DNA of 64,000 nt from Syntrophobacteraceae bacterium. GTDB lineage: Bacteria > Desulfobacterota > Syntrophobacteria > Syntrophobacterales > Syntrophobacteraceae. Where the stretch lies: positions 432 through 64,431 of the forward strand of contig JARLHP010000198.1 in the NCBI GenBank assembly GCA_031292195.1. Direction: 5' to 3'. This document shows positions 1-9,382 of the stretch, one piece after another (the first letter of the stretch is position 1; the number at the start of each line of letters is the position of its first letter). Below the pieces are notes generated by a model. It was not told where the DNA came from. It did no database searches and was given only the letters and a program-made list of their open reading frames with translations. The translations under genes were made by a program, and so were the position numbers.

Positions 1-2095
1 CTTGAACCGATCGGGCCGCCTGCAACAGGAGGGCTCTAACCTTTTTGGTATCCGAACCATAGGCGACCCCCACAGCAACGGTAAGCCTCACCCGTCGGTC
101 ACGGTGGCTCCAATTGATCAGCTTGTTGGTGATCAGTTCGGAGTTAGGTACGAAGAGTGTGGCGTTGTCCCTGGTCTGCACCACGGTATTGCGGATGGTT
201 ATCTGTTTCACATCGCCCAACATTTCGTTGATCTGGATAGTATCCCCGGGCTGGACGGAACGGCCCAGAAGCAGGATGAGACCGCTGAAAAAATTATTGA
301 CGATTTGCTGGAGGCCAAACCCGATTCCGACGCTGAGGCCCCCGGCCACCACCGCCAGGCTCATGAGGTTGAACCCCAGCAGTGAGAGCACCGCTATGAA
401 GAAAAACCCCCAAAACAGGTATTTCGAGGTCTTCTGGATAACTTGAGTTATCCCGGCATCCAGGTGGGCGGCCCGAAGCGCCATGGATTCCACCAGCAGG
501 GCCAGGACCCTGGTGATATAAAAACCCACGATTATCAGGGTAAGAATTCTTAGATTTAGTCGGTAGGCGTCCCATTTCAGCTCTGCGGATAAAATCCGGT
601 CGAAGATTTCCGAGCCTCCCAGGTGAAGCGAAAACAACCTCATATTGATATACACGGTGGCGATGACGATAACCGGAAAACCGATTATGGACAGAATACC
701 GATCGGGAATCCGTCTTGATCTCTTTTTGTCTTTACAAAGCCATTCAGCCCTACCAGTAGATTGACGCAAACATAAATTGAAAGCCATCCGTACAGAACA
801 GTGGAGACAATCAGAAAGGAGAGCGGCAGGTATCCGCAGACCGCAATGACGATAAGAACACAAGGCAGGTAGGTTGCCGCGGTATGGGAATACCTTTCCC
901 ACTTGCCCGCCCCGGTTTGCCCTTTCCACTTCATGTAAATGAAGCAAAGAGCGAGGGAGACAATCCAGGCTGTGAGCGATAGCCCGTAAGGTACACTGAT
1001 GACTTCGAGTTGCAGGGATAACGAATTGAGTATCCACAGCGGATAGACGACTTGGGGGGAAGCCTTCGCCACGGCGTCCGCCCTCCTGCCGAACAAGATA
1101 AAAACATAGAGCATGACCAACGAGAAAACTTCTTCACCGGTGGTCATCACCAGCCCGGAAATTTCGAAACCCGCTTTGGCGCCAAACCAGGTTATCGATG
1201 CCCACAGGCTCAGCAGGACCCAGAAGACAAGCAAACCGGCCGGTCCGGTTCGGGGGAAAAGGGAGGTCCTCAGGTTCCTGGTGAGGATGCTGCCAATCAA
1301 TGCAAGCAGGAGTGTCAAACCTGAAATTTTGAGCAACAGTTCGCGAGTTTTGGCCACCTCCTCATGGCAGCTTACCATCTCCCACCACAGGCCGCTTTCC
1401 GTCCGCCACCTTTTGGCGCCTGTCTTTACATCTTTTACAAGCTCTTCGGAGAACAATCCCGGCAGGGCTTTTAAATAGTGCACTTTCCAATAAGTTGCGG
1501 TTTTACTCCGGGTGGCTTTTTCGGCCCCGTCGAGGCGGGACATGAAAGAAGCATACGTTTTCCTGGATTCTTGCATTTTCGAGCGGATGAGAAGCAGTTG
1601 AGATTCCAGGGTGGAAATATCCCTCAGGTCCCGCTTCAGCGCGTCTTTAAACTCTGCCGCCGAAGGGTCTGAAATCTGGCTTTTCAACTCCGCTTTCAAC
1701 TCGGCAATCTTATAGACCGAAAACTGCAGGGTGTGCTCCGCGTCAGCAAACCATTGGAACCGGTTCTCCGCTTCCGCACGCAACATGGCGAGCCCATGGA
1801 CGATGATCCGCAAATCATCCGGATCGAAGGAAGCTCCATACATGAGCATGAGCTGGCCTTTTCTCTTCTCTATTTTTGCCAACTCCAGGTCGAATCCCCT
1901 GCTCTGAGCATCCAGTCTCGAATTGAAATGCTGAAGGCTCTCGCCCGTCGAGCGGAAAGTGTCCTGAAAATATTGAAGCATGTTCCGCCAGTTTGCATCT
2001 TCGACGGCCGAGGCCTTAGTCATAAGGCCAAAGATGGAAATGAACAGGATGGAAAACGCGGCCAGCCACCTCTTTATGTTTTTCCCCCGCTTCAC
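1..2095 (-). CDS. MscS-family mechanosensitive channel, large MscK-like form; 3' end runs off the left window edge
   Basis: Not in the supplied ORF track because there is no stop in the window. My reverse-strand translation (codon first bases at positions = 1 mod 3) is open from GTG 2095 to position 1. It reads ...GLSVGIGFGLQQIVNNFFSGLILLLGRSVQPGDTIQINEMLGDVKQITIRNTVVQTRDNATLFVPNSELITNKLINWSHRDRRVRL..., the canonical MscS pore-helix/beta-domain signature. The N-terminus VKRGKNIKRWLAAFSILFISIFGLMTKASA looks like a signal peptide, followed by a long helical region and several TM segments. Track ORFs 2..385, 294..1037 and 1733..2128 are shadow frames. Confidence 0.85.
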   Translation of the reverse strand, partial: MKRGKNIKRWLAAFSILFISIFGLMTKASAVEDANWRNMLQYFQDTFRSTGESLQHFNSRLDAQSRGFDLELAKIEKRKGQLMLMYGASFDPDDLRIIVHGLAMLRAEAENRFQWFADAEHTLQFSVYKIAELKAELKSQISDPSAAEFKDALKRDLRDISTLESQLLLIRSKMQESRKTYASFMSRLDGAEKATRSKTATYWKVHYLKALPGLFSEELVKDVKTGAKRWRTESGLWWEMVSCHEEVAKTRELLLKISGLTLLLALIGSILTRNLRTSLFPRTGPAGLLVFWVLLSLWASITWFGAKAGFEISGLVMTTGEEVFSLVMLYVFILFGRRADAVAKASPQVVYPLWILNSLSLQLEVISVPYGLSLTAWIVSLALCFIYMKWKGQTGAGKWERYSHTAATYLPCVLIVIAVCGYLPLSFLIVSTVLYGWLSIYVCVNLLVGLNGFVKTKRDQDGFPIGILSIIGFPVIVIATVYINMRLFSLHLGGSEIFDRILSAELKWDAYRLNLRILTLIIVGFYITRVLALLVESMALRAAHLDAGITQVIQKTSKYLFWGFFFIAVLSLLGFNLMSLAVVAGGLSVGIGFGLQQIVNNFFSGLILLLGRSVQPGDTIQINEMLGDVKQITIRNTVVQTRDNATLFVPNSELITNKLINWSHRDRRVRLTVAVGVAYGSDTKKVRALLLQAARSVQ

Positions 2096-2433
2096 AGGCC
2101 ACCTTCTTTTTGTGTCATTTGGTTTTGATATCCTTTCGCGGTCAAGCTTCCATACTTATCGGCTAAAAGAGCTCACAATTTGAATTGTTATTTGGGAGCA
2201 TCCCGGTCGGAGCCGCCGCGGTGGTCCCGAAGTAATAAGCAATCCATTTGACTCGGTTAAAAATATGATATTATCTGCGGCAATTGAAATTAAGGGCTCA
2301 ACAGTTACATGGCGAGTGCCGGAATAGCGTCGTATGGCGACATGTTCGGCTCGGGCCCGCCAGTTGACCTCACGGGCGCGGAGGGCAAAGCGGTTCGTCA
2401 GGTTTTCGACTGGTTATCCTCGGAAAATGAGCT

Positions 2434-4428
2434 ATGGAGGGTTGCGCGTTGCGTTCCTTTTCTCGGCCTGATGAAACTTGTCCTGACGCTCCAGTTCTGG
2501 CGACGAACCCCGGTTCTACTGGAAAAGTCAATGCGGGCGATACCGTCAGCAGTCATTGCACCCACGGTATCGGAACACTCCCGCTTGCACTGGGCGCGCT
2601 GGGCATCGTCTATGGAGACATAGGCACAAGCCCGCTTTATGCCATAAAAGAATGTTTTCATGGGCTGCACGCCATCACACCAAGCGCATTGAATATCCTC
2701 GGTGTTCTCTCCCTGGTGTTCTGGTCTCTCACCATGGTGGTTACCGTAAAATATGTGGCCTTCATTCTGCGGGCGGACAACAAGGGGGAAGGCGGTATTT
2801 ACGCCCTGCTGGCCCTCATTCCGGCAGATAAGACAAAGCAGTTGCCTCGCATGTATGCGGCAATCGTACTGGCCGGAATGCTCGGGGCGGCCCTTCTTTA
2901 TGGCGATGGAATCATTACCCCGGCCATCTCCGTACTCTCCGCCATGGAGGGGCTGGAGGTAGCTACCCGGGCGGCGGCCCCCTTCGTCCTCCCCCTGACA
3001 TGCCTGGTCCTGTTCGTTCTCTTTTCCGTCCAGCGCCGGGGGACCTCCGATATCGGAAAGGTCTTCGGACCGGCCATGCTGGTGTGGTTTGCAACGATAG
3101 GAGCGCTGGGAATCCTGGAGATCATGGAAAACCCCCATATCCTCAGTGCGGTCAATCCGGTCTACGCCGTCAAATTCTTTATCGTCAACAAGGTCCACGG
3201 AATGATCGTTCTGGGTTCGGTGGTCCTCTGTATAACGGGAGGCGAGGCGCTCTACGCGGACCTGGGCCATTTCGGGCGGGACGCCATCAGGCTGTCCTGG
3301 CTGACAGTCGCGTGCCCGTCGCTTCTTCTCAACTACTTCGGGCAGGGCGCCCTTCTTTTGGGGCATCCCGGGCTGGTTTTCAATCCATTCTACGGACTCG
3401 TTCCCCACGCTTTCCTCTACCCGATGGTCCTGCTCTCCACCATGGCCACCGTGATCGCCTCACAGGCCATGATAACCGGCGTGTTCTCCTTGACCCAACA
3501 GGCCGTCCAGATGGGGTTCTTCCCTCGGGTGCACGTCGTCCATACCTCCGCCCAAACCCAGGGGCAGATTTTTATCGAAAAGATCAACTTCGCTCTCATG
3601 GCGGCCTGCATAGGACTGGTGCTCGTGTTCAGAGAATCCAGCAGGCTGGCGGGCGCCTACGGAATTGCCGTGACCGCCACAATGGGAATCACTTCCATAT
3701 TGTATTTCTTCGTGGCCACACGTGTCTGGAAATGGCCGCTGTGGAAGGCCCTGCCGATTGTGGCGGTTTTTCTGGCCTTCGACATTTCCTACTTTGGAGC
3801 AAATCTTCTGAAAATCCTGGACGGAGGCTGGTTCACTCTGGCCATTGCCCTGGCCATTACCATCGCCATGGCCACCTGGCGGGATGGACGGGCCGAACTC
3901 TCCCACAAGATGCTGAGCGCCGGGTTGCCCATGCAAATTTTTCTAGACGATATCGAGTCGCACAATCCCGTACGGGTGCCGGGGACGGCGGTTTTCATGA
4001 CCGTCTCGCCGGTCGGGGTCCCCTCCGCTCTGTTGCACCATTTGCGCCATAACCACGTGCTCCACGAGAAGGTGATCATTCTCTCCATACGCTCGGCCGA
4101 TGTTCCCACGGTTCCGGCCGCGGAGCGTATCAAGCTCCAGGAATTGGGCCAGGGGTTCCATCGTGTGCTGGCCTTCTACGGCTTTATGGAGACTCCCGAT
4201 GTGCCCGATATTATGCAGCGGGCTTCCTCCATGGGGCTGCACACCGAACTCTACGATACGACTTTTTTCCTGGGGCGGGAAACACTTCTCACCACCGGTT
4301 CTTCCCAAATGAGCCACTGGCGAAAGTCACTTTTCACCTTCATGTCACGTAATGCTCAGACCCCGATGACTTATTTCGGTCTCCCCCCGAACCGGGTGGT
4401 GGAAATCGGCGTGCAGGTCGAGTTGTAG
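2434..4428 (+). CDS. kup: Kup/HAK/KT-family potassium uptake transporter
   Basis: LALGALGIVYGDIGTSPLYAIKECF near the N-terminus, then a polytopic membrane body and a soluble C-terminal domain typical of Kup. Start is uncertain: only ATG 2434 / TTG 2449 are in frame, giving a ~50-aa non-conserved leader. Confidence 0.9.
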   Translation: MEGCALRSFSRPDETCPDAPVLATNPGSTGKVNAGDTVSSHCTHGIGTLPLALGALGIVYGDIGTSPLYAIKECFHGLHAITPSALNILGVLSLVFWSLTMVVTVKYVAFILRADNKGEGGIYALLALIPADKTKQLPRMYAAIVLAGMLGAALLYGDGIITPAISVLSAMEGLEVATRAAAPFVLPLTCLVLFVLFSVQRRGTSDIGKVFGPAMLVWFATIGALGILEIMENPHILSAVNPVYAVKFFIVNKVHGMIVLGSVVLCITGGEALYADLGHFGRDAIRLSWLTVACPSLLLNYFGQGALLLGHPGLVFNPFYGLVPHAFLYPMVLLSTMATVIASQAMITGVFSLTQQAVQMGFFPRVHVVHTSAQTQGQIFIEKINFALMAACIGLVLVFRESSRLAGAYGIAVTATMGITSILYFFVATRVWKWPLWKALPIVAVFLAFDISYFGANLLKILDGGWFTLAIALAITIAMATWRDGRAELSHKMLSAGLPMQIFLDDIESHNPVRVPGTAVFMTVSPVGVPSALLHHLRHNHVLHEKVIILSIRSADVPTVPAAERIKLQELGQGFHRVLAFYGFMETPDVPDIMQRASSMGLHTELYDTTFFLGRETLLTTGSSQMSHWRKSLFTFMSRNAQTPMTYFGLPPNRVVEIGVQVEL

Positions 4429-4496
4429 CGGCCTCACCGCATGTCTGTAATTTAATTTTTTTAGCCGGATCACGGCCGGGAGGGCTCGATCGCAAA

Positions 4497-5417
4497 ATGT
4501 CTGAAAACCGGGACCGCATGAAGGTCAGCACAGCTTTACCCTGGTTTCTCTGCGTGCTCCTCGTGTTTGCACTGCTCTTTCTCCTGGTGGAACAGCGCGG
4601 GGGGCAGGTCGCGGTTTATGAAGCGACCGTGCGCGAAAATGAGATATTGTCGACCATGAGACTGAATCTGCTCAGGGCGGCTGAAGCCGAAAAAAGCGCC
4701 GTTCTGGCCGTAACCGACGAGCAATCCCAACGTTTTGCCGATCAGGCACGGATTGCCGCCCTCCAGGTGGACAAGGCGCGCAGGGAGCTTGATCCTCTCA
4801 TCGCGCGGGATAACTCCCAGCGGGAAACCTCCCGTATGGGCGAGTTTTACAGGTGCTGGACGGAGTCTAAGAAGCTCGATCGACTCATTCTGGACCTTGC
4901 CGTACAGAACACCAATTTTCATGCCACAAATCTCGCTCTTACCAAAGGCGCCCGGGCTCTGAGCGATCTGGAACGAAACCTGACCGGGCTGATCGATCCC
5001 AACAACGCCCCTGAAGGCGGAAATGTCCGGGTAGTGAGGCTGGCCTACCAGGCCATTGTCGCCGGTCTTAAAATCCATGACCTCTACACGCCTCACATCG
5101 AAGCGGAAACCGGCGAGCAGATGGATAAAATCGAAAAAGAAATCAAGGCAAACCAGGAGGTCCTTACCAATTCGTTGAACGGCCTCGGCCGCTCCATTCA
5201 GGGCGGCGGGATGGACGCGGTGAAAAAGGCGAGGGCTGATTATTCCGAGTTGGCACGGATAACACAGGAAATAGTCGACCTTTCGCGGAAAAACACAAAC
5301 ATTAAGTCCTTGAAGCTGTCGTTGGGCAAGAAGCGGTTGCTCACCGCTCAATGCGATGAAATTCTCAGTGGTTTCCAGGAGTTGATCAGAAGAAAAGGCT
5401 CAAAGGCCACTCGGTGA
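4497..5417 (+). CDS. Membrane-anchored helical protein resembling a chemoreceptor four-helix-bundle sensor module, without an output domain
   Basis: Single N-terminal TM (LPWFLCVLLVFALLFLLV) followed by ~270 aa of helical sequence reminiscent of 4HB_MCP ligand-binding modules. No HAMP or signalling domain. Family assignment by eye only. Confidence 0.6.
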   Translation: MSENRDRMKVSTALPWFLCVLLVFALLFLLVEQRGGQVAVYEATVRENEILSTMRLNLLRAAEAEKSAVLAVTDEQSQRFADQARIAALQVDKARRELDPLIARDNSQRETSRMGEFYRCWTESKKLDRLILDLAVQNTNFHATNLALTKGARALSDLERNLTGLIDPNNAPEGGNVRVVRLAYQAIVAGLKIHDLYTPHIEAETGEQMDKIEKEIKANQEVLTNSLNGLGRSIQGGGMDAVKKARADYSELARITQEIVDLSRKNTNIKSLKLSLGKKRLLTAQCDEILSGFQELIRRKGSKATR

Positions 5418-5418
5418 C

Positions 5419-5467
5419 GGCGTGCCGGCCGCAGCCGGGATTGCCAAGCCCGGACCACGGACTTTTC
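5419..5467. repeat. Single copy of a ~45-nt REP-like unit (core GGGCTTGGCAATCCCGGCTG on the minus strand)
   Basis: The reverse complement gaaaagtccgtggtccgggcttggcaatcccggctgcggccggcacgcc is nearly identical to the units tandemly repeated at 60311-60429. Confidence 0.7.
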
Positions 5468-5501
5468 GTCGTTTCGGGATGTCCCGGGAAGACAGGAAGA
5501 A

Positions 5502-5579
5502 TTACTGGCGTGAAAAAAACGATGCATTGGGACCATCCGCAAAATACTCGCGCCATCCCGATGAATCGACTATGTTCAT
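5502..5579 (-). pseudogene. vapC: Truncated VapC (PIN) toxin, only the first 25 codons
   Basis: ATG at 5579 overlaps the vapB stop (ATGA overlap). Translation MNIVDSSGWREYFADGPNASFFSRQ* is a typical PIN/VapC N-terminus but then stops. No PIN continuation was seen in the one downstream frame I translated, and the REP-like unit follows. Confidence 0.65.
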
Positions 5580-5782
5580 ATCCTGTCGGCTTCTCTTGGG
5601 ACAGTGGTATCAATCCCTTTTAGAAACCCCTTCATTTCCAAAATTTTTCTGAGTGGAATCATCTCGATTCTGTCGTCGCAGATTACCATTTGGACCTTTT
5701 GCCCCGGCGACAGCTTCAAGGCATTGCGAAGCCTTTTAGGAATCACAACCTGGAACTTGGGGGAAATTTTTACCACCTCCAT
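5576..5782 (-). CDS. vapB: AbrB/MazE/SpoVT-type antitoxin (VapB-like)
   Basis: MEVVKISPKFQVVIPKRLRNALKLSPGQKVQMVICDDRIEMIP is a swapped-hairpin AbrB-type fold signature. The internal ATG 5782 is preceded by GGAG and was chosen over the track start 5833. Confidence 0.8.
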   Translation of the reverse strand: MEVVKISPKFQVVIPKRLRNALKLSPGQKVQMVICDDRIEMIPLRKILEMKGFLKGIDTTVPREADRI

Positions 5783-5812
5783 ACGGTTGCTCCATCTGCT
5801 CTTTTGACCGGC

Positions 5813-5842
5813 CGTCGTCTCCCGGCCGGTCAAAAAAAAGAA
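5813..5842 (-). promoter_or_regulatory. Perfect inverted repeat TTGACCGGCCG-N8-CGGCCGGTCAA upstream of vapB; candidate autoregulatory operator
   Basis: 11-bp perfect arms located 31-60 nt upstream of the vapB ATG. It is flanked by a T-run on the 5' side and an A-run on the 3' side of the plus strand, so it is not a canonical terminator in either orientation. Type II antitoxins commonly bind palindromes in their own promoter. Confidence 0.4.
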
Positions 5843-6154
5843 CTCTCTGTGCCTCTGTGTCTCCGTGATGGATTTTCCTTTTTTTTAGCGTGAGAACAAA
5901 TTCGAGGGACTGTCTCGCGCCGCAAAAACCCGCCTCGCAACGGATAGCATGTTACCCCGGAGGCAAGTATGATTCCGAGCATGCACCAGGAAAAAAATCA
6001 GCGCAGGGAAAACCGTCTATCCAGCCCCGGTTTCGAAGTCCGTTTGCAGGGTTTTGTCCGATGGCGAGTCCTTGACATCGACATTTAAAGTATTTGTTTT
6101 TTCAGAGCCTATTGGTATATTGAGTTCTTTGGAACCATACCGGGGGCTCGCCCC

Positions 6155-6685
6155 GTGAGCATTGAGGATTGCATGCCGGACGCGATAAAGATTGTGGTGA
6201 TGTCGGATACCCACCTCGACGAACCAACCGACGAATTCAAATCCATTTGTTCCCGGTTCTGCGACGACGCGGATATGGTGATTCACCTGGGAGACTGGGA
6301 AAAAGTGGGCATTCTCAACTACCTGGAGCGTTATCCGCTCGAAGCCGTGTCCGGAAACATGGACGATTATTCGATCAAGCAGAGGCTCCCGGCACGAAAG
6401 GTGGTGAAGGCGGGCCTTTTTCGCCTGGGGATAACACACGGATGGGGACCGCCCAACGGGATTCGCCAAAGGATCGGCGAGCAGTTCGGCGGCGTGGATG
6501 CAGTCCTGTTCGGTCATACGCATCAACCGCTGATGGCGCGGGAAAGCGGAATGCTCTGGTTTAATCCGGGCTCCCTTTTTCTGGGACGCGGAAACGCCCG
6601 CCATTCCATCGGGTTGCTCACGATCAAGGACCGGATAGAGGCCGAGATAATCGCGTTACAGGGTCTTTCGGGACCCCAAAGTTAA
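6155..6685 (+). CDS. YfcE/MJ0936-like metallophosphoesterase
   Basis: Metallophosphoesterase motifs in order: VMSDTH, HLGDW, SGNMD, GHTH. Size ~170 aa. Confidence 0.8.
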   Translation: MSIEDCMPDAIKIVVMSDTHLDEPTDEFKSICSRFCDDADMVIHLGDWEKVGILNYLERYPLEAVSGNMDDYSIKQRLPARKVVKAGLFRLGITHGWGPPNGIRQRIGEQFGGVDAVLFGHTHQPLMARESGMLWFNPGSLFLGRGNARHSIGLLTIKDRIEAEIIALQGLSGPQS

Positions 6686-6700
6686 AGGAGCGGGTAAGAG

Positions 6701-7201
6701 GTGCACAATCTTTGGGCGCCATGGCGCGTTGAGTATATCCTGGGCAAGAAGCCGCCCGGCTGTATTTTTTGTACGGAATATCACGGTCAGTCCGATGAAG
6801 AGCGTCTGATCCTCCACAGGGACCCACTGGTAACGGTGATGATGAACAGGTTTCCCTATAACAACGGGCACCTGCTGGTTTCTCCGGTGCGTCACCTGTC
6901 GAGCCTGGAGGAACTGGCGCCGGATGAAGAGTGCCGCCTTATGGCCCTGGTCAAGAAGTCCACACGCATTCTGCGAGGAGTCATGCACCCGGACGGGTTC
7001 AATATCGGGTTGAACATCGGTCGGGAAGCCGGAGCGGGCTACGAGGAACACCTTCATTTTCACATCGTACCCAGGTGGCGGGGAGATACCAACTTCATGG
7101 CCGCCCTGGCCGATATTCGCAGTATTCCCGAACATATTCGACAGTCATACTCCAAACTTCTACCCCTTTTCAGGAAGGAGAGCGTTGATGAGGCTGTTTA
7201 A
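6701..7201 (+). CDS. HIT-family nucleotide hydrolase/transferase
   Basis: Histidine triad HLHFHIVPRW, plus the N-terminal WAPWR...CIFC typical of the Ap4A-phosphorylase/GalT-like HIT branch. Confidence 0.85.
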   Translation: MHNLWAPWRVEYILGKKPPGCIFCTEYHGQSDEERLILHRDPLVTVMMNRFPYNNGHLLVSPVRHLSSLEELAPDEECRLMALVKKSTRILRGVMHPDGFNIGLNIGREAGAGYEEHLHFHIVPRWRGDTNFMAALADIRSIPEHIRQSYSKLLPLFRKESVDEAV

Positions 7202-7523
7202 GCTTGTCATAACCCTCATAATTCTTTGCCTGGTCGGCGTTTTCATTTATCAAAACCTTGGTGTATGGGATCAGGTCACCACGTTAAGGTTGAATCTCTA
7301 CCTGGTGCAAAAAAGCCTGCCGGTCCGAGTTCCCGTGCTCTTGCTGATCTCGCTTCTGCTCGGATTTTTCGCAGGCCTGACGGTCCTGCTGAAATTCCAT
7401 GTCAAAACCCGCCGGCAGCTAAAACGCGAACTCAAAGAAAAAAAGCAGATGCAGGCCAACTCCCAACCGGCAAATTCGTCAATTCCCAATGCACCGGGCG
7501 CGGGAACCGGGAGGGAAGGTTAA
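7185..7523 (+). CDS. Small two-TM membrane protein, LapA/DUF1049-like
   Basis: Two hydrophobic helices followed by a basic KTRRQLKRELKEKK tail. Overlaps the HIT gene's stop by a few codons (operonic). Confidence 0.5.
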   Translation: MMRLFKLVITLIILCLVGVFIYQNLGVWDQVTTLRLNLYLVQKSLPVRVPVLLLISLLLGFFAGLTVLLKFHVKTRRQLKRELKEKKQMQANSQPANSSIPNAPGAGTGREG

Positions 7524-7606
7524 ACTCAAAAAGGATTTGACTTTACCTCCACTTATGCCGAATTTATTTATTACTGACAACTTGATCGGATAAAGGTGGA
7601 AGTGCC

Positions 7607-8539
7607 ATGAAACCCGAAACCAACGCAGTTGCCGCAGGCAGGTCGGTAGAGAAGAGTAACGGGCCTTCAACGCCTGAGCAATCGGGTGAGCTTTCTTCCG
7701 CAAACCCCTCTGATGCTTCAGCGGCCAGGATCGCCGAAGTGATCGGAGATCTTCCCGCAATGCCCCATATCGCCGCCCAGGTAATGGAGAGACTCTCCGA
7801 CGACGACGTAAATCCCAAAGAAATCAACGAACTGATTACAAGGGACCAGGCGCTTGCCGCCAGGGTCCTCAAGGTGGCCAATTCGCCCTTCTACGGCGCT
7901 TCGCGCTCCATAGCGACCTTGAAAGACGCCGTCATGTTCATGGGATTTGACTCCATCAGGGCCCTTATCATGACGGCGGTCCTGAAGAGCATGTATGCCA
8001 AAGTGGGGCTTGCCGAAAAGCTCCTGTGGGAACATTCGGTGGGCTGCGGGCTGGCCGCCAGAAAAATAGCCACCGAGATCCGCTACCGTCTCAAGGATGA
8101 AGCCTACCTCGCCGGGCTCATGCACGATGTGGGCAAAACAGCGCTCTTTCTGCATGCACCCGATGCCATGCGGGAAATTATGGAGGGCGTCTATAACGAT
8201 GGCCTGGACTTTTTCGAGGCCGAACAAAGCCGGTTCGGCTTCAATCATGCCCTGGTCGGAGGGGCCATAGCGGCAAACTGGCGTTTCACAAGCGGGATAG
8301 AAGACGCCATAGCCAGACACCATCAGCCGGAACTGGCCAGTTCCGCGGTCGAACTCACTCAAATAGTGAATGCCGCAAATTCCATCTGCCACAAGCTGGA
8401 GGTGGGTCCGATAAGAAAGCCCGACCTGGACATCGCCAACGTGAAAAGCATCAAGGCCCTTGGACTGAGCCCGGAGCGGCTGGAACAAATACTTCTGGCA
8501 GTAAAAGAAGCTCTCCAGGCGGATTCGGCTGGAATTTAA
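7607..8539 (+). CDS. HDOD domain-containing signalling protein
   Basis: ITRDQALAARVLKVANSPFYGASRSIATLKDAVMFMGFDSIRAL ... WEHSVGCG ... AGLMHDVGK match the HDOD (HD-related output) pattern. Confidence 0.8.
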   Translation: MKPETNAVAAGRSVEKSNGPSTPEQSGELSSANPSDASAARIAEVIGDLPAMPHIAAQVMERLSDDDVNPKEINELITRDQALAARVLKVANSPFYGASRSIATLKDAVMFMGFDSIRALIMTAVLKSMYAKVGLAEKLLWEHSVGCGLAARKIATEIRYRLKDEAYLAGLMHDVGKTALFLHAPDAMREIMEGVYNDGLDFFEAEQSRFGFNHALVGGAIAANWRFTSGIEDAIARHHQPELASSAVELTQIVNAANSICHKLEVGPIRKPDLDIANVKSIKALGLSPERLEQILLAVKEALQADSAGI

Positions 8540-8728
8540 CCGCTCGGGGCACAGGCGCTTACCAGTCTTCGCCCGGGCGGGAGGTCATCGCACCGGCCTT
8601 TGAGAGCACGCCTGCCGACCCCGCCCCCGCGGACTTCTCTAAAAGACCTGCAATACCCTCCAGGGACAGTTTTGCCATCGGACATCGGTCCTTCCGTTCC
8701 ATGCGAAAAGAGACGACAGGAGTGGAAA

Positions 8729-9192
8729 ATGGGCGTCTTTGAAGACAAGCTTTCAGCCATAGAGAAGTTGATTGCGGTTGGTCTGGCCGAAGAGAATGTT
8801 CGTTTCAACTTCGCTCAGTTCATAGAGTTGGGTGACAGTGTTTTCTTCAATCGCGGCGTATTTCTGGACAGCAAGGGGGGCATAGTGTGCTAGGTAACTC
8901 CGTCGCTCCGGCCGAAGACGTGAGGATATTTACCCGCAGCCACTCCGAATCCTCACACATTGTCCGGGAGTACCACAAAGTGGTAGTGGAGGATTACGCC
9001 AAGATATACGCCGGAGCCACGATTCTACCCGGAGTCACCGTGGGGAAAGAGGCTATCGTCGCTTCGGGGGCCATGGTCACTCGCGACGTGCCTCCCGGCA
9101 TGGTGGTGGCCGGTTCTCCGGCAAAAGTCATAAGGAAGCGAAGAACCGACGGACGAACCGAAGACGATCTGGACCACATCTGGCTGTTTTGA
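8729..9192 (+). pseudogene. Hexapeptide-repeat (LbH) acyl/acetyltransferase broken by a frameshift at 8885-8891
   Basis: Track ORFs 8600..8893 and 8887..9192 are two halves of one LbH acyltransferase: ...[11 protein letters not shown] / [17 protein letters not shown]...[43 protein letters not shown]. The frames differ by +2/-1 at the GTGTG run. Start ATG 8729 is preceded by AGGAG. Confidence 0.65.
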
Positions 9193-9382
9193 GGACGGGC
9201 CACCCGGCTCGGGTTCAAAACGGGCGGGCCTTCGGCGGATAGGCGGCAGGACACCGAGCCACGGCGGCAGGGGCCGTCGGACCGGAATGAGTCTTAACCT
9301 GGCGCGCTTACAATAAATTTCCGTTGGAACAGAATGCCCCTGGCTTGCCCCTGTCGACCGTTCATAAACTGTCGTATTAACA

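Noticed and set aside
2096-2433. c-di-AMP (ydaO-type) riboswitch or a defined promoter upstream of kup
   Set aside because: The leader is GC-rich and long, but I could not find the conserved ydaO segments. A TTGACT-N15-TATTAT pair (2248-2274) has a suboptimal spacer, so I did not call a promoter.
2530-2625. Possible frameshift at the 5' end of kup (alternative-frame ORF MRAIPSAVIAPTVSEHSRL... would give a more typical Kup N-terminal length)
   Set aside because: Kup N-termini are poorly conserved, and an in-frame ATG (2434) exists. There is no positive evidence for a shift.
2398-3408. Long minus-strand ORF (336 aa) opposite kup; similar cases are 17441-18331, 23985-24917, 4536-5351, 33133-33957 and 59138-59938
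   Set aside because: All are antisense to genes with strong family signatures. They show no motifs and have the Arg/Gly/Pro-rich composition of shadow ORFs.
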